Assembly: GCA_963717435.1 (NCBI GenBank)
Contig: OY970332.1
Coordinates: forward strand, 1,056,001 to 1,120,000
DNA: 64,000 nt
Direction: 5' to 3'
DNA from: an uncultured bacterium
Lineage (GTDB): Bacteria > Babelota > Babeliae > Babelales > Babelaceae
Below are positions 28,914 through 39,450 of this stretch, in pieces (the stretch's first letter is position 1; each line of letters opens with the position of its first letter). The translations under genes and the position numbers were made by a program. The notes under the pieces are model-generated. The model did no database searches, had not been told where the DNA came from, and worked only from the letters and a program-made list of their open reading frames with translations.

Positions 28914-31904
28914 TTACTGTTTTAAAACTTTAACGCATCTTCTGCACAACCCATCAACACCGGGCTCGCTATCCCATTGCCAACATCTTGGACACTTCCC
29001 GCCAATCGCATGCGTAACTTTTGCATATATTCCATCAGCTAACTTTGGCAAACTGTCGTTGTCTTTGTTTAACTTAAACTGCGAAATAACAAGTAGCTCT
29101 TTAAAAAACTGTTCAATCGAATCTGTAATATTATTAGAGTCACCAGACTTTTTTATTCTCTTAAACAGATCCCGCAAGATTTCAAATTCTTCTAAATTTA
29201 AATCTATATAAAGGTCAACCGAAACATCAAGAGAATGTCCAACAACCGCCTTGGCTCTTAATTCTTCGATACTTTTTAAAATTATAGATCTAACGGCTTT
29301 TAAAACTTCCCAAGAATCCTGCCATTTTACTATCTCATCAGATTTTAAGATCGCCATCTTGGCTTCCATAATTTTATCTATTTCCAAAAACGGAGCCTGA
29401 ACTGGAACAGATTCACCAATCTCATATCCAACAACTGATTTAGCAAACTCTAAGTCTGAAAAGCTTTGTAAATGCACAGATTTTGATTTATTTTTTTGAT
29501 AAAAATCTGTAACAATTTCAGCATTAAATGACATAATAGGCGCAGTCAGTTTTGTAAGCGCATCTAAGATATACCAAATTGCAGTTTGCGCAGATCTTCT
29601 TAATTTGCCATCAGCCACTTCAACGTAAAGCCTGTCTTTTATAATATCCAGATAAAAAGAGCTAAGCTCCGCAGAACAATAATCAGCAAGTTCATGAAAA
29701 ACTGCAGTAAAATCACAAGCGTTATAGTTTGCCAAAATCTTATTTTGCAACTCATAAAGTTTTACAAGTGCGTATCTGTCAATTGGTGTAAGCTCTTCAA
29801 CTGAAAGTTTATCTTTTTCAATATCAAAATCATAAAGATTTGAAACAAAAATCGCTGCGTGTTTCTAATTTTTCTGAACACTTCAGCAACATTTGCAGTA
29901 AATTCTGTGAAACAACCGGGTCGCCATCATGGCCTACACTAGCAACCCATAAGTCGCAGCCCATCGGTCCCTACTTTATCAATAATATCTTGCGGCGCAA
30001 CAACATTACCCAAGAGATTTGGACATCTTGCGCCCTTTTTCATCAACGGTATACCCGTGAGAAATTATCTGACGCGTGCAAGCTTTATCTTCCAAAACTA
30101 AACTGGTGATAAGTGAACTCTGGAACCAACCCCGATGCTGATCAACACCCTCACAATATACATCTGCGGGGAAATGTAAGTTCGGATTTTTTTCAAGAAC
30201 TGCATAATGGCTAACACCAGAATCGAACCAGACATCCAAAATATCCTGCTCTTTTTTAAAGTCGTTTTTTATTACATCCGGGACAAGCTTACTATTTTCA
30301 CAAACTCTTTAATATCCACAGCATCCCAGTATTCAATCCCATTTGAGCAACATCGGATGCAACAGCATTACACAAGTTTTGAATCTATAAAAGTAAAATC
30401 ACAATATTTACATAATTAGTGCAGGTATTGGCACGCCCCAGATTCTTTGGCGGGAAAAGCACCATTCCCATCTATTTTCAACTGTAGCTTTTAAGAAATT
30501 TCTTCCACGATCCGGGATAAAGTTTATCTTATTTATACTCTCAAGCGCCGCTTGTTTAACATTTTGTGTATTCAAATCAAAGAACCACTGACGAGTTGCT
30601 CTAAAAATTAGCCCATTGCGGCAACGCCAACAATGCGGGTAACTATGCGTAATATTATTTTTAAATAGCATCTTGCCAAGTTCAGCAAGTTTTTTTATCA
30701 CCCAAATTTGTCCATCAGAAACGGGCATGCCCTCCAGTTCTATTGGATCAATTCCAGCAGAATATTTACCGTCGGGTGATACTGGGCAGTATATTTCGAG
30801 CCCATTTTTTACACCAATTTCATAATCCACTGGTCCGCAACCTGGGGCAACGTGAACAGCAGCTGTCCCTTCGTCAAGACCAACAGAGGCATCCAAAACA
30901 ATTGGAACCTGCAAGTTTTTTACAAATGGGTGAACAACTTTTGCTCCAAATAATCTTGATGGCAAAAACTCTTCGATAATTTCCAAATCTTGATCAAGAA
31001 GCTTTACAAATTTTTCAGCTACCTGCGCGCCGATTATAATATTTTTTGTACTATTATCTTTTATATTTTTAATTTTTATTAGTTTATATGGCGCATCTTT
31101 GTGGATCAAAACAGCTCTATTTAGTGGCAAAGTCCAAGGTGTTGTTGTCCAAACCGCGATACTTATCGGGCCTGAAACTTTAGGAAACAAAGCTTTCTTG
31201 TCTGAGTCGCTAAGTTCAAACTCAACGTATACTGATGGGTCTTTTCTGTCTTGATATTCGATTTCTGCTGAAGCAAGCGTTGTCGCACAAGAGGGGCACC
31301 AAGCAACAGTTTTGTTTTTTCGTTCTATATACCCTTCTTCGACTAATTTGCCAAAAGCTCTTAAAGTCGCCGCTTCATATTCCGGGGCCATAGTTATATA
31401 CGGATTTTTGAAGTCCATTAAAACCCCAAGTTTTTTAAACTCTCCCCGCTGGATATCGATCCATTTTGACGCGTACTCTCGACAAGCTTTTATAAATTCA
31501 ACCCGCTGTCCAGAAGACAATAAATTGTCATTATTTTTGTTCGATTTATCTGATAAGCTTGGGTTTTCACTAACAACTTTTAGCTCTATTGGCAGGCCAT
31601 GGCAGTCCCAACCCGGTTTAACTGGCACATGATACCCGGCCATGCGTCTATATTTGCAGACAATATCTTTTAAGATTTTATTATAAGCGTGCCCAAGATG
31701 AATGTTCCCATTTGCATAGGGGGGGCCATCATGTAAAATATATTTTGTTTTGCCGCTGTTATGCTCATAAGATTTTTTATACAAATCTTCATCTTGCCAA
31801 CGTTGCAATAATACTGGGTCATCTTGTTTTGAATTGCCACGTATGGGAAAACCAGTTTGCGGTAAATTCAATGTATCTTTAAAACTTTTTGATTCAGTTG
31901 ACAT
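28914..31904 (-). CDS. ileS: Isoleucine--tRNA ligase (multiple indels in 29820-30410)
   Basis: [36 protein letters not shown]-terminal CPRCW...CRRC. Confidence 0.95.
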
Positions 31905-31958
31905 ATGCACACCTAAATAGGATTTATTTTTACAATAATCTCAGTATACTTAAAACTT

Positions 31959-33323
31959 ATGAACAGTCCAAAAAAAATCGGGATCTGGGGCTCCGGAGTG
32001 GTCGGCAGATCTGCAATAAAATATTTTTCCGCCCGATCTGATTATCAAATTGTCGCACTTGCAGACAAAAAAGAGCCCGATGCCCAATTTCTAGAATTTC
32101 TGGGAAAATATACTACCCCCAAATTCTATCCTGAAGAAAATATTCAAGAGTTTTTAGAAATCTGCGACGGAATTCTCCCGTCACCGGGCATAGACTTAAG
32201 AAAATATAGTAAATATAAGCATAAATTTATAACTGAAGCCGATATATTTGCGCAAAACTGGGATAAAACTAAACCGGTAATTGCCATAACAGGCACAGTG
32301 GGTAAAACTTCTGTTGTTACTTTACTTTCTAAAGTATTAGAACAAAATAATTTACGTGTCGCTACTGGCGGCAATATCGGCACAGGCATGCTTGATCTTT
32401 TAGAGAATCAAGAAAATTATGACATTGCTGTGCTTGAACTTTCAAGCTTTCAATTAGAATACTGTAAAATATTTGCCCCCGATCTTGCGATAATTACCAA
32501 TATTTTCCCGAACCATTTGGACAGGCACGGAGACATGCAGAATTATCTGCAAGCAAAATTTAATATTTTTTTGAACCAAAACAATAATCAAAAACTGTTG
32601 GTCCCTGAAGAGCTTCGCCCTCAAATAGAAAATTTAAGAAAAACTGACACTTGCCCGGCACCCTTCGATACATTTTTCTCACTTTGTTCGAAAAACACTC
32701 AGGGCGAGCGCGTGCCTGGTGACGGGTGTATCGAACCATGCGGGCCGAGAAGCTCAAAATTCTCATACCCCATTCCCGATATATCATATCCAGTAAACTG
32801 GGTAATAATATTTAAAGCCTGCGAGATTATGGGCATAGAAATAAAAAACTTAGATATAAATAACTTAGAAATACCAGATCATAGAGTTGAATTTGTTCGC
32901 GAATTTAACGGCATAGAGTTTTATGACGATTCAAAATCAACAGTGTGTCAGGCGACGCTTGCAGCCGTAGAAAAACTTAATAACAAATCAGAAACAAAAC
33001 CCATAATTTTATTTTTGGGGGGTATCTCAAAAGGCGTCGACAGATCTGGGCTAATTAAAGATCTAAAAAACAAAGTTTCAGAAATTATCTGCTTTGGATC
33101 TGAAGCTGAAAATTTAAATAAATTTTGCATAGAGAATTCGATACCAAGTAGTTTTCATAAAACTTTAGAAGAAGCTTTTTCTGCGTGCATCTCTTCAAAT
33201 ATGTGCTCAACAAAAAATAGCGCCCGCGTTTTATTTTCCCCATCCGGCGCAAGCTTTGATCTTTTTAAAGATTATAAAGATCGGGGAAATAAATTTAAAA
33301 ATCTGGTAAATAGTTTAAAATAA
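31959..33323 (+). CDS. murD: UDP-N-acetylmuramoyl-L-alanine--D-glutamate ligase
   Basis: SPGI, ITGTVGKTS, GGNIG, LELSSFQL, NHLDRH, DDSKST, SPSGASFDLF. Confidence 0.95.
   Translation: MNSPKKIGIWGSGVVGRSAIKYFSARSDYQIVALADKKEPDAQFLEFLGKYTTPKFYPEENIQEFLEICDGILPSPGIDLRKYSKYKHKFITEADIFAQNWDKTKPVIAITGTVGKTSVVTLLSKVLEQNNLRVATGGNIGTGMLDLLENQENYDIAVLELSSFQLEYCKIFAPDLAIITNIFPNHLDRHGDMQNYLQAKFNIFLNQNNNQKLLVPEELRPQIENLRKTDTCPAPFDTFFSLCSKNTQGERVPGDGCIEPCGPRSSKFSYPIPDISYPVNWVIIFKACEIMGIEIKNLDINNLEIPDHRVEFVREFNGIEFYDDSKSTVCQATLAAVEKLNNKSETKPIILFLGGISKGVDRSGLIKDLKNKVSEIICFGSEAENLNKFCIENSIPSSFHKTLEEAFSACISSNMCSTKNSARVLFSPSGASFDLFKDYKDRGNKFKNLVNSLK
32652..32744 (+). repeat. Nested palindromic repeat inserted in frame in murD
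   Basis: Near-identical to the reverse complement of 63483-63572. Confidence 0.92.
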
Positions 33324-33382
33324 AAAAGTAAAATAATAATTTATATAGTTATTAAAAGAGTTATTTAAAAGTTAGGTTACAT

Positions 33383-33727
33383 ATGCAAATTGTAGAAACT
33401 AAAATCACAATAGACGAGCTAAAAAAAATGTCCCAAAACATGTTTGGCGGCCTGGTAAAAGCGGTTGTGGATATCGAAAAAGCTATTATGGTCGTCGATG
33501 CGCCCATGCATGTGGACCAAGAATTTTTATTATTAGAAAATGACTCTAAGCAAGAAAATTTATGGGGAATAAATATTTTTCCGGATCAATATGGAACTGA
33601 AAAATTTATAGTATTTGATTCGATGATAAATTTAAGACCAAGCTGGGGAAATAGAAGCAGAAGTGTTGAAAACCCTGAAATTCAAAACAAAATAAAAAAT
33701 ATTGTTAACAAATTGGTGGCTATATGA
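33383..33727 (+). CDS. DUF5674-like protein
   Basis: KAVVDI...MH.D.E..LL...S.QENLWG.N, SMINLRP..GNRS (recognised from memory). Confidence 0.7.
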   Translation: MQIVETKITIDELKKMSQNMFGGLVKAVVDIEKAIMVVDAPMHVDQEFLLLENDSKQENLWGINIFPDQYGTEKFIVFDSMINLRPSWGNRSRSVENPEIQNKIKNIVNKLVAI

Positions 33728-34062
33728 TGTTTCATAAAGATTTAACACCAGAACGTTGGTTCAAATTTTCTCTATTTGACCAGTTGGCAAATGTTGGAAT
33801 GGAGATTGAAAGAACAATTTCTTGGAGAAATGTTAATAATCCAGAATACAGCCAACAGGCTTTTTTTAGAGCATTAGAACTTTTGGACCTAACAATAATG
33901 GATCCCAAAAATAAATCCGGCACCCTAAAAGAACTAGTTTTCACGCGCGAATCACTCGTAGATTATTTTATGTATGATAACGAATATAAGTCGACCGATG
34001 AAATCTGGCAAAACTATTTTTATAACTTTGCCTACGCTGCTGCAATCAGGCGCGGGAAATAA
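33724..34062 (+). CDS. Conserved hypothetical protein, translationally coupled (ATGA overlap)
   Basis: RW..FSL..QLANVG.E..R, RALELLDLT. Confidence 0.75.
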   Translation: MMFHKDLTPERWFKFSLFDQLANVGMEIERTISWRNVNNPEYSQQAFFRALELLDLTIMDPKNKSGTLKELVFTRESLVDYFMYDNEYKSTDEIWQNYFYNFAYAAAIRRGK

Positions 34063-34081
34063 AGTTCTTATTGTAATTTTA

Positions 34082-35260
34082 CTAAATCAAATCAATAACT
34101 TTATAACAGTTGTTCCAAGAAAAAACTGAGTTGTGTGTGCGCTTTTGGGACTGATCCCCAGCATAAATTAATGCTCCGTTATTTTCTAATTTCAACTCTT
34201 CTTTGAGCCAATTTAGATTATCAAAAAACTGACTTTGTATGGTCATAGAGGCTTTTATTTCCACAAGAGTTTTTACTCCTGGTGTTTCGATTATCAAATC
34301 AACTTCTTTTAAATTTGTATCCCTAAAAAAAGAAAATTGGTTTTGAATGTCACGATTATTGCACTCTTTAATTAAATCTACAATTATCATGTTTTCAAAA
34401 AATTGACCCAAAATTTCACGCCTAGTTTTTAAAAACTCTAAAGATAATCCGGCAATATTTGCAGCCAGACCAACATCATAAAAATATATCTTAGGTGATT
34501 TGACAGCTCTTTTTGAAAGATTATTGTGAAAACTTGGCATCAAGAATAGAATAAAACTTGCCTCCAATATTGATAACCAGGCCTTTGCCGTCACCGTCGT
34601 TATTCCCGCTTCAGAAGCCAGGGATGAAATATTTAATGGTTGGCCAATACGAGCTATACATAACTGAATAAATTTTTTAAAAGTCGAAAGATTTTCTATA
34701 TTTCTAAGAGATCTAATATCCCGCTCAACATAAGTGTAAAAATATGACTCATAAAATTTTTCAACAAGTTGGGCATATGTGTATAAATTTGGATAAAAAC
34801 CTTTAACTATCTGGCTCTCAGAACTATCTAATAGAAAATTATTATCTTTTAACTCTTTTATCGAAAGAGGCAATAATTTATAAATATAAACACGACCCGC
34901 TAAAGACTCTGTAATTTTTTCAATAAGCAAAAAGTTTTGGGAACCTGATAAAATATATTTTCCCATTTTATGTCTATCTTTATCAACTTCAACTTTTATT
35001 TGATCAAACAAAATCGGAGCGTATTGGGCCTCATCAATAATTATCCCATGCTCGTTAGTATTTGCCCTTAAAAAACCCTTAGGATCAGAAAGAGCAAACT
35101 GTAGAACATCTGGCTCCTGCATATCTACATAATTATGCTTTGGGAATATGTGCCTACATAAAGTACTTTTACCAGACTGACGCGGACCGATAACAGAAAC
35201 TACCGGGCTATCCTTGGCGCCTGCTAAAACAGAGTCTGTTATATCTCTTTTTATATACAT
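34082..35260 (-). CDS. AAA_14/DUF4143 ATP-binding protein
   Basis: GPRQSGKST, IIDEAQ, SGSQ, ESLAGR, K.YFYDVGL, EVD....EIK. Confidence 0.9.
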   Translation of the reverse strand: MYIKRDITDSVLAGAKDSPVVSVIGPRQSGKSTLCRHIFPKHNYVDMQEPDVLQFALSDPKGFLRANTNEHGIIIDEAQYAPILFDQIKVEVDKDRHKMGKYILSGSQNFLLIEKITESLAGRVYIYKLLPLSIKELKDNNFLLDSSESQIVKGFYPNLYTYAQLVEKFYESYFYTYVERDIRSLRNIENLSTFKKFIQLCIARIGQPLNISSLASEAGITTVTAKAWLSILEASFILFLMPSFHNNLSKRAVKSPKIYFYDVGLAANIAGLSLEFLKTRREILGQFFENMIIVDLIKECNNRDIQNQFSFFRDTNLKEVDLIIETPGVKTLVEIKASMTIQSQFFDNLNWLKEELKLENNGALIYAGDQSQKRTHNSVFSWNNCYKVIDLI

Positions 35261-35416
35261 TTTTTTGGCCTCAATAAATTAAAAAACAGTTAGATTTATG
35301 AAAACAAGATAATTAAGTATATGATTTTCATAAATTCACGTCAAAAAAACTGATCTTGCACGCCATTAGGGGGTATTAATTTACCCTTTTTGGATTTAAT
35401 GTTTTGTTAATCTCTA

Positions 35417-36787
35417 TTAAGTTGGCATTTGCAGCGTCGCCCATGGACTGGTCGCACTTGCGCTGGTTATCGATGTCGTAGACGTAACCGCCCCTGCATT
35501 CACACCACTTGTCTGATTTGCCCCTGTTGTTCCATTAAAGGCACAGTTGTTGCTCAAAAAAGCATTGCCACTTGTTCCAGTTTGCAAACTAATGCCATAT
35601 GAAGTTGAGGAGGCGTTTCCTGTATTGTTCATAAAATCACAATTTATAATTTGATTGCCAGAGACCGGTGTTCCCGAAACAGCCAAAAACCCTTCAGCAG
35701 CCGAAGCTGGTGAATAATTGAAGATTGCTGCGCAGTTTAAAAAAACATTGCCAAAAGCACTTTGAACGCGAAATCCATTAGTATCTCCTGAAGTACACCT
35801 ATTATTTGAAGATATACAATTTAAAAAAACGCATGAATTGACAATGTCTAACGCAAATCCCACACATTCGTTTGTTGCGCCAAAATTGCCATCTGCTATG
35901 CAGTTCCGGAAAGTGTGACAATTACCAGAAATATTAAAAAACAATGACAAATTCGCTCCTCCTGAATTGTTTAAGACCTGACACCCATCAAGCACGTTAT
36001 ATTCAGAATTTGTCGCAAAGCTAAAACCAAAAAGTGCAGTACTCGCTGTACTATTATTTCTGACTATACAATCCAGAAAATAGTTCCCAACAATCGTAGA
36101 TGATATTGAATTCAAATTTATGGCGACAAAATTGTGCGCCGAAATGGAATTGGAATTAATATCCAATCTGATAAAGCTGCAATATGTTGTATCTGTAACT
36201 CCTATTACGGACCAGTTCTGTGCAGGTGCCCCGCCATTTTTGCTAAACACGCAGTCTGAGATCAACAGGTTGCTACAATTTGAAAGACTTAAAGCGAAGT
36301 CGGCAGTCGAAGCGGTGCTACTATTGATTATCTTACAGTTTAATATTGAAGACTCTGTTATATTTGTGCCGCCAGTAATTGTAGACGTCCCATTAAAATC
36401 TATTCCACGAACCTGACAACTATCTATAATTAAATTCTGAAGAAGCAAATTATTACATCCGGCGTTGGCGACTATACCGGCTCGTGTAAAATTTTTTATA
36501 TAACCATTTGTTATTTTAACATCACCAACACCGGCATCTATCTGGATCCCATTACAACTTGCTGTTGCACTACTTTGGGAAATCTCTCTTCCATTAAGAT
36601 CAAGATTTACATAACTTGATTGGATTCGAATTGTCCCATTTGTTGCATCACCAGTTGAAAAAATATCATCGTCCAAAATATAGTTTCCCGAAGTTGTGAT
36701 TAACCAATCAACTGATTTAATTTTAAAATTGCAAGACAAAAATAAAATTAATATTAAAAATCCAAAAAACAATTTTTTAATGCCCAT
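35417..36787 (-). CDS. Secreted right-handed beta-helix protein
   Basis: Signal peptide; ITTSGNYIL, VNLDLNG, C.A..N repeats. Confidence 0.8.
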   Translation of the reverse strand: MGIKKLFFGFLILILFLSCNFKIKSVDWLITTSGNYILDDDIFSTGDATNGTIRIQSSYVNLDLNGREISQSSATASCNGIQIDAGVGDVKITNGYIKNFTRAGIVANAGCNNLLLQNLIIDSCQVRGIDFNGTSTITGGTNITESSILNCKIINSSTASTADFALSLSNCSNLLISDCVFSKNGGAPAQNWSVIGVTDTTYCSFIRLDINSNSISAHNFVAINLNSISSTIVGNYFLDCIVRNNSTASTALFGFSFATNSEYNVLDGCQVLNNSGGANLSLFFNISGNCHTFRNCIADGNFGATNECVGFALDIVNSCVFLNCISSNNRCTSGDTNGFRVQSAFGNVFLNCAAIFNYSPASAAEGFLAVSGTPVSGNQIINCDFMNNTGNASSTSYGISLQTGTSGNAFLSNNCAFNGTTGANQTSGVNAGAVTSTTSITSASATSPWATLQMPT

Positions 36788-36846
36788 TACTAACCCTTTT
36801 TAAATTTTTATTCTTACTCTTAAATCACTATTATTAATTTTATTTA

Positions 36847-38217
36847 TTAAGTTGGCATCTGCAACGTTGTCCACGGCACAGTCACGCTTGCGCTCGTTAC
36901 GGACGTTGTCGCACTAACGGCTCCGGAATTAACACCCTGTGTCTGATTTGCTCCCGTTGATCCATTAAAGGCACAAGTATTTCTCAAAAATGCATTGCTT
37001 GACCCACTGGCAGCAAAATTAATACCATATGAGTTTATAGGTCCTGTATTTCCTATAAATTGACAATCTTTGATTTCATTCATATTAACCGTTCCTGTAC
37101 TCAGACTCATGCCCATGGCCGTAGTGACCCTGCCAATATTATAATTTGCCACGCAACGTAAGATCACATTTCCAATTGACGACTGAACTCTGAACCCATC
37201 CACTTCGAACCCTGCAATATTATTAGAAGACACGCAATCCATGAACACGCTCGCATTAGTATTATTAAGCCAAATCCCAAGCGTCTGGCCGGTGGATTCT
37301 GTGGCGATATTACCATCTGCTATACAACCAACAAATGTGTTTGATATTCCGGGTGATGAAAATCCTACGGTCAGAAGGGCTGAAGAATTGTTTAATGCCT
37401 GACAATTTTTAAATACATTGTATTCAGAATTTGTTGATGTCTGGAAACCTACAAACTGCCCGTTTGTTTGAGGGACACTATTATTTCTAGCGATACAATC
37501 TACAAAATAGTTTCCTATAAGTTCCCCAGCTATGGAATTAAGAGATATTCCGTTCATTTGGTGTGCAGTTGAAATTGAATTGGAGTTAATATCTAATCTT
37601 ACAAAACTGCAATAACTTGAATCTGTAAGACCCACTATGGTAAAATTCTGCGCCGGGTTATTGCCGTTGGTGCTGAACTCACAGTCTGAGACCAATATTC
37701 TTGCGCAGTTTGATAAACTCAAAACAAAATCTGCCGTTGTAGATGTGCCACTATTAATTATTTTGCAGTTTGTTATCGAAGACTCTGTGATATTTGTGCC
37801 GCCCCTTATAGTTGACGTTCCGTTAAAATCTATTCCACGAACCTGGCAGCTATCGATAATTAAATTCTGCAAATATAGATTATTGCATCCGGCGTTGGCG
37901 ACAATTCCAGACTGTGTAAAATTTTTTATATAGCCATTAGATATTTTAACATCCCCAACACCAGCATCTATCTGGATCCCATTACAACTTGCTGTTGCAC
38001 TACTTTGGGAAATCTCTCTTCCATTAAGATCAAGATTTACATAACTTGATTGGATTCTAATTGTCCCGTTTGTTGCATCACCAGTTGAAAAAACATCGTC
38101 ATCTAAAATATAATTTCCCGAAGTTGTAATTAACCAGTCGACAGCTTTAATTTTAAAATTGCAAGACAAAAATAAAATTAATATTAAAAATCTAAAAAAC
38201 AATTTTTTAATGCTCAT
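36847..38217 (-). CDS. Secreted right-handed beta-helix protein (paralog)
   Basis: N-terminal ~150 aa and C-terminal tail nearly identical to neighbours. Confidence 0.8.
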   Translation of the reverse strand: MSIKKLFFRFLILILFLSCNFKIKAVDWLITTSGNYILDDDVFSTGDATNGTIRIQSSYVNLDLNGREISQSSATASCNGIQIDAGVGDVKISNGYIKNFTQSGIVANAGCNNLYLQNLIIDSCQVRGIDFNGTSTIRGGTNITESSITNCKIINSGTSTTADFVLSLSNCARILVSDCEFSTNGNNPAQNFTIVGLTDSSYCSFVRLDINSNSISTAHQMNGISLNSIAGELIGNYFVDCIARNNSVPQTNGQFVGFQTSTNSEYNVFKNCQALNNSSALLTVGFSSPGISNTFVGCIADGNIATESTGQTLGIWLNNTNASVFMDCVSSNNIAGFEVDGFRVQSSIGNVILRCVANYNIGRVTTAMGMSLSTGTVNMNEIKDCQFIGNTGPINSYGINFAASGSSNAFLRNTCAFNGSTGANQTQGVNSGAVSATTSVTSASVTVPWTTLQMPT

Positions 38218-38257
38218 TGCTATGCCCTTTTTAAATTTTTGCTCTTGCTATTAAAAA

Positions 38258-39409
38258 CTAGTCACTATTTGCTTGTGTAGAGTTATTATAAAACGAATTA
38301 TGTCTGAAAATATTGTTATTCATAGTATAAGTATCCAAGTAAGCAAGTCCCGCAAGGCCCTGATTATTATTAAGAATGCAATTCAATGCTGAACTTTGTA
38401 TCGCACCATCAAAAAGAATTCCGTAGCCAGCATTTCCGCCTTGATTGGAAAATGCATAGGCCTGGATAATATGTGAAGCGGACTCGGTTCCTGTCATGAC
38501 AAAACCCGCGCCAATATTTCCACCAACATTAGATTGTCCATCGCACTGATCAAATACATTACTTATGCCGTCATATGCGCTGAAGCCGATTCCGCATCCA
38601 GCTTGAGAAACATTATTAGAACCAATGCAGTACGCCATGCCTGCGGTTTTTGTGGAATCAAATATAAATCCAGCTGCAGTGGATGTTGAAAGATTATCAA
38701 GAGTGTAATTATTGGAACCGGCGCAATATAATATTTTGCAATCGTTACAATTTTTGAAATAAGCACCTACACCAAACGGCGTTCCGCCATTGTAAAGAAA
38801 CACTGTGTTTGTAAAATGGCAAGTTTCTGAATTATAAAAATATGCACCATAGCCCGAAGCAGTGTAAGAAAAATTATTTGTAAAATAGACATGCACCATA
38901 TCGATAAATGTCGTGTTGTTAAAAATACCGCCATAAGCAGCACCGCCGTTAACCCCAAGACTTCCTGAAAATGCACTTTCTGCAATACTTATCCCTGCTA
39001 TCCCGTAAGTACTACCATCGCAAATTATGCCACCAGCGGCACAGCTTATAGTAAGAATATTATCGATTGTGATATCGCTGCAACCATCTGCTATGTAGAT
39101 TCCATATCCTGTAAAATTTTTAAAAACACCGTTCTTTATAGTTACGTTTGAGATACCCGGAGCCAAAGTTATTCCATTAAAAGCTAGAGCGGTACCAGTT
39201 TGAATATAAGTTCGCTCAGAAAGATCGATTATCACATCCCCTGATGTAATATAACAGTAGCTATCAGAATTGATTGTCGGGTTGTATGGACCGCTTGGAC
39301 TAAATCTATAATATCCCGGCTGATTCACGACTGTGGCGATGGACATCCCGAAACAAGATCCATAATTTATTAAGCCCATAATCAATAAGCTTTTTAATCT
39401 CAAATTCAT
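38258..39409 (-). CDS. Secreted right-handed beta-helix protein (divergent)
   Basis: QPGYY, VIIDL, NVTIKNG motifs. Confidence 0.7.
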   Translation of the reverse strand: MNLRLKSLLIMGLINYGSCFGMSIATVVNQPGYYRFSPSGPYNPTINSDSYCYITSGDVIIDLSERTYIQTGTALAFNGITLAPGISNVTIKNGVFKNFTGYGIYIADGCSDITIDNILTISCAAGGIICDGSTYGIAGISIAESAFSGSLGVNGGAAYGGIFNNTTFIDMVHVYFTNNFSYTASGYGAYFYNSETCHFTNTVFLYNGGTPFGVGAYFKNCNDCKILYCAGSNNYTLDNLSTSTAAGFIFDSTKTAGMAYCIGSNNVSQAGCGIGFSAYDGISNVFDQCDGQSNVGGNIGAGFVMTGTESASHIIQAYAFSNQGGNAGYGILFDGAIQSSALNCILNNNQGLAGLAYLDTYTMNNNIFRHNSFYNNSTQANSD

Positions 39410-39450
39410 AATTAGCCCTTATATTATTAGTATTATTATTAATTTATTTA

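Noticed and set aside
29820-30410. ileS as a true pseudogene or recoded gene
   Set aside because: About ten scattered single-base indels within ~600 bp of an essential gene with motifs otherwise intact; typical low-quality consensus.
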